NCBI GenBank assembly: GCA_032718475.1 | Contig: JAUCBJ010007513.1 | Span: 1-64,000 of the forward strand | From: Nemertoderma westbladi | Lineage: Eukaryota; Animalia; Xenacoelomorpha | Direction: 5' to 3' | Length of the DNA: 64,000 nt | Part shown: positions 38,647-51,488 of the stretch, piece after piece | Numbering within the stretch: position 1 is the first letter of the stretch | Layout of the letters: each line of letters begins with the position of its first letter | Made by a program: the position numbers and the translations under genes | The notes under the pieces: generated by a model | What the model saw: the letters and a program-made list of their open reading frames with translations, nothing else | Told to the model about the DNA's origin: nothing | The model's database searches: none

Positions 38647-41600
38647 TTACGTTGGGGAGTCCCTAGATGTTTGTTGGATTAGGGAGGTGGTCGTGGGAAG
38701 AGTATCTTGCCTTCCATAGTTTCCGGATAGTTCTCTGTCTCTTTCCAGTAAACATAAACGACCAACTGGGTGATTGAGTTGCTGCGTTTCGAATACAATT
38801 CCAGGTTTCTTAAAGTTACGTCGCATGACGACGAGTTCTACCGATCGCACTAAACCATCATCGGAGATATGAGTCTCGATGATACGACCTGTCTGCCACC
38901 GCTTACGTGGAAGATCTGATTCCACAATAAGGACCATGTCTCCGGCGCTGACGTTTTCTTGCTGCGCAAACCACTTGGTTCGAAGTTGTAGCGTAGGCAG
39001 ATAATGTTTTTCGAAATGGTCAGCGAAACGACGGGATAATAACTGCATAAGTTGCCAAGTTTGTTGGCAGTATTCATCTCCGTCCGTGATTTCCGAGCGT
39101 GGGAGCATGGCTACAGGTTTCTTCAGTAGGAAGTGCGCGGGTGTTAGCGCTTCCAGGGAGTCGGGACTCGATGAGACTGGCATAAGCGGTCTCTCGTTAA
39201 GATAGGCGGCGATTTCTTCCATTAACGTCCGCAAAAGTTCGTCGGTGAGATATGCGCGGCACAGCACTATAAAGTGAAATGCGGTCTTCACGCTTCTTAT
39301 TAATCTCTCCCAACTTCCTCCCCACCAAGGGGCGTCGGCGGTGTTGAAGGTCCAGCTAGATGTTGTTACCCTTATCTTAGCTGATCGTCCACCTGTCTTT
39401 GGTTCCAATCTCTAACGTAAGCCTTGATCTCATTATTGGCGCCAATGAAGTTCGTTCCCTTATCAGATCTCATCGTGTTGCTAGTTCCAAAGCGAGCGAA
39501 CTGTCGGCGTAAACTCAGTATGAAGCTGTTGGTAAATAGATCGTTCACCATATCTAGATGGATCGCTCTAGAAGTCATACAGACAAAGATGACACACCAT
39601 CGCTTGACTATAGTCCTAGCACGATATACTTCAATAGGGCCAAATAAATCCACACCGGTATTAGTAAAGGGTGGTTCATAGAAGCTTACTCGTTCCCTAG
39701 GTAATTCTGCCTCTCGCTGTGTTAAAGGCCTACTGAATGCTTTCCTACAGGGTATACAGTTCCTAAGAACTTGGTTCAGAGCTCTACGGGGTTTATGAAA
39801 ATAATAGCGAGTTCGAATTTCGCTAAGAACTCGTTCTCTACCAGCATGGTAAAGCTTACTGTGAACATCTACAATCATCTTGATTTATATTTCAAGATTT
39901 CTAATGAGTATGGGAAACTTAGTGTCAAAGGATAATGGAGCATTAGTTAATCTCCCTCCAATACGTATTAACCCATCTATCATTGTGCTAGAGAAACGAT
40001 CCCTTAAGCGTATCTGTGGATTTCTCAACAACAGGAAATACTTATCGGAATCTTCATAGCATTGCAGGAGTCTCAGTATCTGCTTATTGGTTTCTTCATG
40101 CTCCTGGTAACTGATCTTCTCCTTCAGAAACCTATCTGATATTTTATATTTGGGAAGATCTTTAATAGCATGGACCTGCGCAGATGTCAGTGGAGCGGTA
40201 TCACTAGCGATCTTCGTCCTGGAGTAGTGATGATGAAACCATCACTTTAAGTACACGACGGCCTTACAAAGCCGATTCCAGGAGCTATAGTGATTTATCG
40301 CTCTCTGCAGGAGAGGTGAGAGTCCCTGTGAGACGTCTGGTGTTCCAGATTTCCAGTCTCTCTCTCTGATTTCCACAACAGACTTATTTGTGGCGGGGGA
40401 GTTTAGATCCACAGCGTCATCCCCGGAAATGTGTAGTACAGACAGATCTATCACGGGTTTAAATAGCTTTGATTTACTCGTCCGGGTTTTAGGTTTGACT
40501 TTCTCCGCTCCCTTGGCTTGTCTAATCTCAGCTGTGGTAAGATGAGGAGGCCATTCATCTTCTTCTTTACTTAAGAAGTCGGGTCCACCTAACCAGTCCG
40601 GAGCATCTATCAGTTCTTGAGGAGTTGCTCCTCTGGAGGCGATGTCGGCTGGATTAATCGTCCCAGGGCAATGTCTCCATTGATCTACCTTAGTGCGACT
40701 AAGTATAATGGCTACTCTGTTGGTAACGAAGACGCTGAACTGACAGACTTCATTGGTTATATACTCCAAAACGAGTAAAGCATCAGTCCAATAGACAGTT
40801 TTCTCCAGTGGATAGTCGATCTGTTCTTTTACATTCCGGCCGATGGCTGTAGTGTATAGAGCCGCCTTTAACTCTGCTCAAGGAACTCGTAGTTTGTTGT
40901 TTATCAAGGCCTTAGAAGTAACCAAGGCGACTTTAATTCCATCCGGAGTTTCAACTCTCAAGTAGGTTACTATACCTATTCCCATATCGCTGGCGTCTCC
41001 AAACACATGGAGTTGATAGGAATACGTGGGGAGAACATGACCAAAATAGGAACGGGAAATAGTAAAGTTCTCGATGGATGGTAGAGAGTCTTCCCATTTC
41101 ATCCACTTCTTTAGTAGTTCTCCCTTAAGTGGGTCGTCCTATGAGTGGTTTTCAAGCCACATTTGTTGCACTAAGCTCCGAGCAACCAATATAACTGGGC
41201 TAATAAATCCCAATGGATCGAAATAAGTGCCCAGGATACTTAGACAAATCCGTTTAGTTCGAACTGGATTATCTCGCTGTTTTAGCTGGAAAAACAGGAT
41301 ATCTCTCTCCGTGTCCCATTTCAAACCAAGCGTCTTGGTTTCTGGAAGATCGTCTTTGATTAGGTCCAGATCTTTAAGTCCTCGGTCTTCTACCGGGATC
41401 GATTCCAGAAACTCACGGGAGTTACTTGTGAATTTAGTTAGTCGAAATCCACCGCGTTTCAAGCACTCTACCGTTCCCTTGGCAACATCAATGGCTTCTT
41501 CCACCGATGGGAGGGACTTTCAATTATAGTCCATGTATATATCCTGTTTGATGTTGTCGATAACCGCTTTAGAGAAGGCGTCTCGGTTGTCATCAGCAGT

Positions 41601-42794
41601 GGTGCGCGCTACTGAACAGGCAGGCGTTCGAGGGGCTCGAGATGATCCCGAAAGCCTGGATGGTCATCCAGTACTCCACCGGTTTTTGGTTGAGGTCTCC
41701 TTCAGGCCACCACAGAAATCGTAGGCTGTCTCAATCCCTGTCCAGCGCCTTAACTTGTAAGAACATGCCCTCTATATCCGAGGCGAAGGCAATCGAATAT
41801 TGCCGTAATCTTAAGAGTATTCCCAACAAGGATTGAAGTAAGTTGGGTCCCGGCAACAACTCAGAATTAAGGGATTGGCCCATGTAAAGGGCGGAGCCGT
41901 CAAATACTACCAGGACTTCGTTGGGTTTACCGGGTTTGGGAACGTAATGATGGGTTAGATAATACGTTCTCTCAGTTATGGGTGTTTCTTCCGGTACTCG
42001 CTCCGCGTATCCCTTATCGGTGAATTTCTTCAGCTGGGTCTTATACATCTCTTTAGCTGAAGCATTTGCCGTAAGGCGCCGATGTAGTTGCGCGATTCTC
42101 TTCTCCGCCAAGGGTCGGTTATTTATAAAGTTGGGTTCTCGCCTTCGGAATGGCAGACCAATCTCATACCTACCTTGATCTCTAAGGAAACGTGTAGTCG
42201 TTTCCTGGATCTGCTTGGCTCTTTCCTCCTCGACCGATAGTGCTTTGTCGTAGGAATTAGGCTCTACAGCTTCTTGAGTAAAGAATCGTACGGCGTGTTT
42301 GTCGCGAATCTTAGCGTTGTGTCGATCTATCACCTCATTTAGCTCGTCGTTGTAGTCGAGTAGCTCGCCATGATGGATGAGATGGCAAAGGTGCACTTGG
42401 TTTCTCCAAGCTTCACTTTCAGTGAGGAGGTCGATTGTATTTTCCTCGTCAAATAATTGGCGCCTACATAGTAGTCTGTAGCTACTGTAGATTTCCAAAC
42501 CTGCATAATTCCTGAAAGGTTCAACTTAGTTCGGAACTTGGGTTGTCCAGCAAAGATGTCTTCAGCTAGTTCTTTGTCAATGAATGTTCCTGTGCTGCCG
42601 GAGTCCAGGAGGGCGTTGACTATAAAACTCTTACCTGGTCCATGGACTCTCAGCTGAACTACGGGGAATTCCCGAATTCCGACGTTGGAAGTTGGCGCTT
42701 TCCAAGATGGTTGTCGGTCAGGAATAGTCGGTTGCGCTTCGTTATCGGTTTCAGTCTCATATGTAAGCGCTCGATATACCGCGGTGTTTATCAT
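38647..42794 (-). pseudogene. BEL pol: aspartic protease, RT, RNase H, integrase (frameshifted)
   Basis: ALLDSGST; VVFDGS..SLNSELLPGPNL..ASDIEGMFLQV; YMDY in place of YMDD; LHVFGDAS; GVDLFGP, SDKGTNF, WWGGSWERLIRSVK. Confidence 0.95.
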
Positions 42795-43489
42795 ATAACA
42801 GGATTAGTTTTCGTCGGAGAATTCGTCCGTTTAAAAATCCTTCCATCTCAGAGCTTTGGTCAGTGTCGTTCACATCACTGAATTGGACATGTAGTTCGGA
42901 CTCACTTACCTGACTCGGGCTGTTTCTTTCAAATTCGGTGTGCAGCAAGATATGATGTTTCGCGTCGCACGTAGCACACCTCGCATCGGAGTAACAGGTT
43001 CGCCGTTGGTGTCCTTGTCTGAGACAATTATAACACAACCGCTTATCCCACATGACTTCGCGTCTATCCTTTAAGGATTTCTTTAAGAATTCATCACACA
43101 CACTTAAACGATGGGGCCCGTCGCACAATGCACATTTTGGTTTGATGTTACTTACTTTACCTTGGGTAGTGTTGTGCACACTCGTTCTTTCCTCGGGCTT
43201 TCTTCCATGAATTCTCTTAGGAGACGTAGGAGGAGTTCTTGTTACCTGTTCTCTCCTTTCACTGGTTCGAGACTTAAATTTACTTACGTCTTTAGGTGCT
43301 TTGTTGACATAATAAGCGCTTGTGTCCTTCTGGGCTCCTCCCCGAGGCACACCCACGAGGCGGACGCTGTCCCACCACCCTTGGAGCCAGTCCAACTGAT
43401 GTTTCTATCAGACCGGGCCGGAGGGTAGCCCGATGCTTCCCGGGATCAATTTTCAATCCCCCGATCACACTGGCACAGCTCGTCTCATG

Positions 43490-44621
43490 TGTAGCCTTAT
43501 AACCATGGTGAGCGATGGTCGGCTACTGTCAACTTACTGTGGCCTGACTGTACATTGAGCCAACTCAGAGAGTCAACCGGCGGGTGGACCAGTCGATAGC
43601 GATCGAGCATCAAGGTCGCCCTTGAGCCAAACCGACGGTCTTGTCCCAAGTGGGCTTGCGCTACCCAACATGGAATTTTGACACGTTTTCACCCGCCTCG
43701 CTGGCAGTATTGAGGGGAAGTCGGTTCCACAATAATACTGACTAGCTCGAAAGCTAAGAACAAGTCACCACTTACTAGTCACTGTACACGTGTACTTAAC
43801 AGATGCTCACGAAATCAAGTACACAACGGTAAACACAAAATCGGACACATACCATGCACACACAGAGGACATAATCGGGAAAGACAAATCGGTGACAAAA
43901 TCAGAGGGGACAAAATTGTATCGACTGATAAAAGAGTCGAGAGTACCTTATTTTAACTATAACAATAACAATAACTTTGTTATTAACGGGCAAAATAACT
44001 TTGTGTGCACAAAGTATGCTGGGGCGCAGTAAAGATATGGTCCTACTAATAACCAGCGGCGACTGAACCAACCGGCAAGGTTTCCCACACTCACTCGCAG
44101 TGGCCATACACACACTCACGTATACCACGTACCCACAGCAACAGAAAGCTCAAGCAAACTGCCACTGATCGTCCACACACAAACCACAGATTCCAGAGCA
44201 TCATTACTCGGACCACACTACAACACCACCCCCTCCTTGCAGCGGATATTCCAGGTGCTACCTCCATTCCAATAGTAGTACCAACAGAATCATCAGAATC
44301 CTGCCCATTCCGATGCAACACCTCCATTCCAATAGTAGTGGGAAAAGACACGTTTCGGCAACCGATCGGAGACAGCAAAGAGTCTGGTCAACTCATACAT
44401 ACATATTAAACATAGACACCACATAAACCACAGATCACACTAAGCCACCACCCCTACTGTGTACAAGACTAGCAGTACGGCAACAGGCCGACTAGACGGT
44501 ACCACGGCACCATGTTAATTCATGGTTCGCTAGACACAAGGGCCTTCAGTAACTCCCTTGCACTATAGACACCAATTTAACGTGCCCCCAGACCCTCACG
44601 AGTCCGCCGCCGCCTGTTACA
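43490..44621 (-). mobile_element. LTR-like insertion (with ~150 bp of adjacent internal sequence) in BEL gag
   Basis: Minus-strand tgtaaca...ggctaca termini, followed by tgagacgag, resembling a degenerate tRNA-Ser PBS; no TSD found. Confidence 0.55.
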
Positions 44622-45124
44622 GACCCCCTATAGAGACCTCACCTCTTTAGGATCTGTCGGTGTCTTTCCCGCTGTTCTCCTCGTGAGAGGTCTGGCTTTC
44701 GCCGTCATCTGTATAACACACTGGTGTTACCTTTCTCCTAGAAACGGGTTTTTCACTCACCTTATTTTCCGGTGTCTTCTCTCGGGACTGCTTTAGGAGC
44801 TGTAATTTTACCTCTCCATTTAAGAATGACATGAGATCAGCCATGGTAGGGTCTCTTTGTTGTTGTTCCATCATATATAGAACTCTTTTGTCCCAACGAG
44901 TACACACTCCACCCTTTGGCAAGGTAGATGCTACGGCTCCAATAACCATAGAACTCTGATATTCATGAGACTTACCTAGCCAATCTAATTGTCTACAGAT
45001 CTCCTGGATCACATCGGAAAATTCTATAATCCCGCTGCAAAGAAACTTTCGGGGCGCTACCAATTTCGCATACAAATACCTAGCTATGTTAGTCCTATTA
45101 CCATACCTGATGTTTAGTGTATCC

Positions 45125-46903
45125 CAAGATGTACTAAATAACAGGTCATGCAGCGAGAGGGGTATTGAAATTAGTGGGGGCCTAACTAAGCAATAGCGTA
45201 CCTACTGTATAGTACTCGTTTCTACTGTATAATACAATTCCAGAATTCCATAGAGTTGATTAGTAAATGCGACACCCGTGTTTTATAAATGTTGGTTGTG
45301 TGACTTGCTATTTGCTAGAGTAGGCTACTCTACATATAAATGCTAGAAACATTGGATGCAACGTAATGTTGTTATTGTACGATAATTAAGTAAAATATTT
45401 GGTCAAAACACAAAGAGGAACACCTTAAATACATTGTACTGTACTGTACAAGCCTAATACATATATCAGAAGCCCGCCTATTGTTACTAGGACCACACTC
45501 GGGTCCTCAGCGTCACACTATTCGTGAAGAAAGATGGGGAGAAAGTGTAGTGTTGCTGGTTGTCGTATGCGGTACAAACCCACTGAAGATAATCCTGGTC
45601 CCGGTCCCAATCCCAAGGTAACAATACACAGATTTCCCACGGACCCAACCGAACTTCAGAAGTGGCTACATCGGCTACCGAATTTTATAGACCCTGATGC
45701 AGTCACCGGAAATATGGGAGTGTGTGGATTGCACTGGCCTGGTGGTTGTGCCATGAGGACAGCACCCGGCGGTGCTTTATCACCAGTGAATGCACCAAGC
45801 ATCTTCATAACGGAACTGAACCGTGGCGGTTTGGTTTATCCGGATGATGAGTTGGTTTCTTTTTGCTTTCTAGCATTCAACTTCTTTCGTCAATCACCAA
45901 CACAGTTCTGCCGTACGAGTTTCGTGCAAGCTCTGAAGAATATTGCCGAGATATATTTCACTGATGGAATGTTTACTTTTCCGTTGTTCAGGAAACTCTC
46001 AAATGTGTTGTTTCATAATTTCTGCCACAATACGGTGAAGGTCGCTGATGTGACACCGAAGCGGTGCAGGAACGACAAAGACCAGTCCAAAGTTCGAAAA
46101 CTCCGATAATTGTCATTAAACTGTATTTTGTACTACAATGTTTGTGAATTATAATGATAAAACAGTGCAATAAATTTAACACTCAGATAAAAAATATATT
46201 GAAATGATCCGAAACATAACCAGTTTAACATCATATCTATTCTAACTGACATTCTGAAAGATTGCGTGTGGCACATTTGTTAAATTGTAAAAGCACTGCA
46301 AACAATAGCAATACTCTAATGATTGAAAGTCCATCAAATGACAAAACGTAAAATTTATAAGTATTTTTCGTCCCATAGTGAAATAAAGTACCGGGAAAAT
46401 AACGTAAAGTAACAAATTGGAAACATTAATAAAGCAACTATAGAAAAAGTGTGTTCGTTTGCAATGTATAATGATACCATATAATGTTACGTTTAACAGT
46501 CAACAGTGAAATAAAGTAACACAGGTGAGTGAAATAAAGTGAATGGTCACTAATCTTCAAACCATGTAATACAGGATATGTTTCCGCAGGCTGACATAGA
46601 TATTATGATAATTCGACGTGACGTGGCCGAGATAATGTACAATGTTGTGTTTAAAAGTGAAATAAACTAACTTAGGAATGTGAAATAAAGTGATGAATGA
46701 CCAATAATTTTCAAACCATGTGATAGAAGATATGTGTCGGCATGTTCACAGAAATTTTAAAAAAATTTCACCAAGATGCCGCTGAGATCTATATGATAGT
46801 GTACGGTGCTTTAAAACCATATCAGTAAACGCTATTGCTTACTTAGGCCCCCGCTAATTTCAATACCCCTCTCGCTGCATGACCTGTTATTTAGTACACC
46901 TTG
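45125..46903 (+). mobile_element. Internally deleted P-superfamily DNA transposon
   Basis: ~75-bp TIRs caagatgtactaaataacagg..., 8-bp TSD gtgtatcc at 45117-45124 and 46904-46911, THAP ORF. Confidence 0.92.
45534..46109 (+). CDS. THAP domain fused in frame to the transposase C-terminus (no catalytic core)
   Basis: CSVAGC...HRFP...W...VCGLHW...APSIF (C2CH THAP) directly followed by LNRGGLVYP. Confidence 0.85.
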   Translation: MGRKCSVAGCRMRYKPTEDNPGPGPNPKVTIHRFPTDPTELQKWLHRLPNFIDPDAVTGNMGVCGLHWPGGCAMRTAPGGALSPVNAPSIFITELNRGGLVYPDDELVSFCFLAFNFFRQSPTQFCRTSFVQALKNIAEIYFTDGMFTFPLFRKLSNVLFHNFCHNTVKVADVTPKRCRNDKDQSKVRKLR

Positions 46904-49900
46904 GTGTATCCCAAACTTGTCATAATCCATCTGGATGTCCAATAAACTTTAACGCCATTAACTTGGGAGATCCTTCCAAGCACTCGATGAGGAATCTAAG
47001 TTTCTCTCCGTTAGATAGTACAGAGTTCTGTATGTTATCTTTATAATATTCATTAAAAGGTAACCATTTCATCTCATCTCCATTGAACTTGACGATCTCT
47101 CCCACCTTTACCGTTTGACGGGCTTCGGTTCTAGCCATTTGACGCGTAAAACTTTCTTGGGCCATCGTATTATTTAATATCGAATTATCGGTATATAAAT
47201 TTCTCAGATTATGATCAGTTCTATATGGAATATCATTATCAACAGGTTTATAATTATCCTTAATAGGGTTTACTATAGGAGTTTCACTTCACTAGCAGTA
47301 TAGATGCGTGTAGGCTCCACACCTTGCGCATGAAATACTTCAGACCTAACAGGTTGACACATTGTTACAGGGGGTGGTGGTATACCCCTTTGTATATTTA
47401 CTAATTTATCACGTTCTAACGCGATACTCTGCTGCACTTCTTGCAGTTCTAACCTACCCTCTCTTACTGTTCCCTTTAACTGCTGCACAGTCCCTTCCAT
47501 TTCTCGGACGTGCTGGGAGGAACGTAATCGATTTTCCTTCAATTGTCCGAGCAGGAGATCCATTCCCCGCCATCGCTCATCCACCCCCTCTACCGCCGAA
47601 GCGGGAGCCGCCAACATAGTAGCGGGTAGACGAGGGACGACGGGCGACAAATCATTGATGTCTCGCTCGGCGTCCAGGACTGGGACAGATTCAGGGGCTA
47701 TTGTACTGGGCACAGGTAGTTTAGTACTGTGCAAAGGGAATTTAGAGTTAGGTTCTGGAAGTACAGGGGTCTCTATCACAGAGGGGGTGGCTTCGAGAAC
47801 AGGCCTAATTATTTCATGCTCATCTACTATAGTAGGGAGTCTTTCTACTCTAATAATTTGGTCTGTGTGCTCTGTACTACCTAAGTCTACACTAGCTAGT
47901 TGCCTTCTCACAGCTGGGGGCAAATTAGGCAATTTCTGACGGTGGGGCGTTCTTCTACGTCTGTTGGAACGAGATCTATTTCCTCCGCCTTCAGGATCTG
48001 TTGTATTGCCTTCATCAGATGATGTAAATCCCTGTCTCTTGGGAGTAGATTGACTTATCATCTGCATCTGACTAGCTGTTATCTGTTTATTTAAGTAATC
48101 TTGCTTCTCTTGAAGATTTTCCAACTCTAGTTGGGCTGTCTCTTCAGATGCCCTCCGTTCCGCTTCTGCCACTGCCTCTGCCGCTTTTCTTTCCGCTTCT
48201 GCCGCTTTTCTTTCCGCTTCTGCCGCTGCAGCTGCCGCTTTTCTTTCCGCTTCTGCCAATGCAGCTGCCGCTTTTCTTTCCGCTTCTGCCAATGCAGCTG
48301 CCACTTTTCCGCTTCTGCCGCCGCTGATGCCGCTGCCTTTCTGTCTTCTATCTGCCTTTTCTTTAGCTGCCCTTCTTGGACCCTAACGATGCGGATTCTT
48401 TCATCAAATTTAGCTCGATCCGCTGCTAACCTTTCCGCATCTAACGAGTCTAGCACAAATTTGGCTCCCTCACTATTAGGGTGAAGTCCAGCTAGCCGTC
48501 TCATTAACTCTTTGTCACCTATAAATCTTTGATAGTCCGACAGATAGATGTCAATGGCATCCTTCTTCTGAGGTTTCTCTGATGTTGCTTCGCTTTCCAC
48601 CTGAGAAAAGGTAGCGTCTGTTGATTCTCCGTGGGTCGCGTGCTCAGTTAGCTGAATTTTCCATTGGGTCGTTCCTTGGACTTTAAGACTCACCCGTTGG
48701 AACCAAGTCTTTATGGCAACTTGCAACGACGTGTCTTGGCTTCTCTTTGCGGCTTCCTCAAAGGCCGAAAGGATTAGTCTGATCCTTAATATTCGTTCTC
48801 GAACTTGATAAAGCAGCTCTCCCTGCTCTTGAGGTCCTTGGGGTTGTTGAAACAGTTGTTCCTCTAATCGCTCCAAAGAGCTGAAGAATCCCTGTACATA
48901 TCCTGCTGCCGACCTCTTCCACACAGCTGGATCTCTAGTGTCCTTTACCACTCCCATCCTGTATAAGTCCTCCCAGGCAGCTTCAGATAAGTCAAATGGG
49001 AGTCCGGGTCCGGGGAAGTTCCATTGCGTCTCGACAATAGACTTCAGTTCCTCCATTGTGTATCCCGCATAACTGTCCTTGGTCGATCGCTTACTTCTCT
49101 CCCAATCGAATTGATGTTCCTCTACCGCAATCAATACCCTAGTGAGTACGGCTTCAGGAAGAATGAGAAGTGGATCTGAATAAACCTCTTCTGCCATCTT
49201 TGCTCCGCGCTCGGGCGTCAACTCTACCGTATCTGAACTACTGGAGCTATCGGGCCGCTGAGAAATAAGTTCTCGGTTCGGGTGTTGCTGCTGTTTAACA
49301 GCTGCCTCTTGGTCCCGCTTGACTTGAGCCCGAGTGCCTATGATAGACCTATGGCGGTGCTCTACTAGCCTAGGGTCTGATACGACTACTGAAGGGATGA
49401 CCTTTCTTACAGTAGGAGGGGACTTGGACTTCGGTCTCAGATGTTCTGCACTCCTGTCTGAGTCGCAGACTGTTCTTTCTAGGAGACTATCTGACAGAGT
49501 TTGCTTTGTGTCAGCCATGTTTGATTGTACAGTTGAATGCCTACTACTATAACGACAGTTAAAGTAAGTCTAGTAATTCAGTATCAACTGCAAGCCTAGT
49601 GATCAATTACCGATACCGTTACTCAATGTAACGCAATATATATAATGTATTAGAATACCGGTATACACTTATAGGATATATAAGTATAATTACAGACTAG
49701 GATTTGTCACAGAATACTGGTATATAATTTCAGCATAAATTTATATAAATATATATAATAGGCCTACCGTAAATACTGGTATACAGCATACACTTATAGT
49801 ATATATAAGTATGATTATAGACGAGGATTAATTACAGAATACCGGTATATAATTTCAGCTTAAATTTATAGAAATAAATATAATAAGCCTATCGTAAATA

Positions 49901-51477
49901 CCGGTATGTCAATTATTTTATAATGACTGAATTTCTGAATTTTAGGGTTACTTTCCTTTACTTTATTGCTGTTATTAAGCAGTAGCCCAACTGATACTAA
50001 GACCCAATTGATGTATAACAGGCCTACTATTTTATAAATCGGTTTGAATTGATTTATAATATGTTTATATATACCCGTATAATGGGTTTTTGTCAATGTT
50101 TGAAATAAATGTTATTATTTCTGGTAAGGAGTCACTACACAGAAGCTGAATGTTCTCAGTGGAGTGCTACTTGTTGGACACTAAAACAAATAATTCTACT
50201 TGACTAAGTTACTTATTACTACAAATTACATACAATTACTGTGTGAGATTACAATCTCTAAATAAACACCAAAATTACACATTCAAATTTCAGGGTAATT
50301 TTACAGGAAATCTACAAACCAGCCTAACAAGGGGTTGGAATTTCTGGTTCTTACAAACGGACAGGAAACTACAGTATTTGAAAATAATTAAGCAGTAGTA
50401 AATAAATTGCGTTGTCCAGATAAGAAAATACTACCATCTGACGACTTATAGCCTTTAGCTCTACAGCTCTATAAGTACTACGTTATGTACCCGGAGTGTC
50501 CTTACCTAGAAGTTAATTACCGCAGCCAACCAGAGCTAACGTGCCTATTAACCACTTTACAACACAAATATACTGCCTACACACTAATTACCTTCGGAAA
50601 GTACTGTACACTAAACCCTAAATTAGGTACAAGTACTTATACAACAAATAACCAGCAGTTAAATATACTTGTACAGCTAAAAGAACCACGGTATCTGCTG
50701 GAGTGACTAGAGCATAAAATCACCAGTCTTTACCTACGCCAAGCAGCCCTGATGTAGTACCGGGGTTAATTTAACTATAACGGTATGTATAACAAGCACA
50801 ATTACTGTAGGAATAAACTGGAGAGTTATGTAGGTTGCGAATACTCGCATAGACTCTGAATAATAAATATTACGCTACCCGTGCAGACTACACAAACAAA
50901 ATACAGACCAAACGTGGGCAGACTACTATCAAGCCTAAATAAACTACAGTATATGCAGACTCCGAAATGGTTAGTTAGTAGGCATTCTAACCGAGTAGTA
51001 CGACTTATTCTTTCGGGGGGGATTTACCTTACAGCACTGGATGCCCCCACCTTCCTAACTAGTACTTTATCGACATACACTCTACACACACTGCAATCTC
51101 TTCAGACCCAACAACAGTCAGACAACAATCCAGCCTACAAATTATTTATACAATCTGAGCAGGCTTACACGCCTTCTGCTCAATATTACTTACAGATAAA
51201 TAAAACTGACAGAAATAAGTAAAATCCCAATAAAAAACCGGGGCTGCAGTCCCTGATTAAATATCAAGACCTACCGGTATATAATTATCAAAATCGAATA
51301 ATACTGTTGTACCTGTAAGTACCGGTTCGGGCAGTTGGGCAGTTAGGCCTACAGCTTACTGTTCGACCGGTACCTTCGACTTTATTGCCTACAGTGCAAT
51401 AAAGAATCTAAAATCTATTATTGTTCTTACCAGAACAATAGACAACTGTATTTATTGTCTACTGTGCAATAAAGAAA

Positions 51478-51488
51478 AAATCTATTAT
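51478..51488 (-). promoter_or_regulatory. Non-tRNA primer-binding site, complementary to LTR-internal 52268-52278
   Basis: aaatctattat is the exact reverse complement of ataatagattt (52268-52278; also 34865-34875). Confidence 0.7.

Larger units (their letters stand above)
42757..49518 (-). pseudogene. BEL gag with long N-terminal extension, interrupted by a P element and an LTR
   Basis: AAAEAERK coiled-coil repeats with frameshift at ~48305; FNGDEMKWLPF...EKLRFLIECLEG (DUF1759-like); three Cys/His knuckles at ~42950-43135. Confidence 0.88.
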
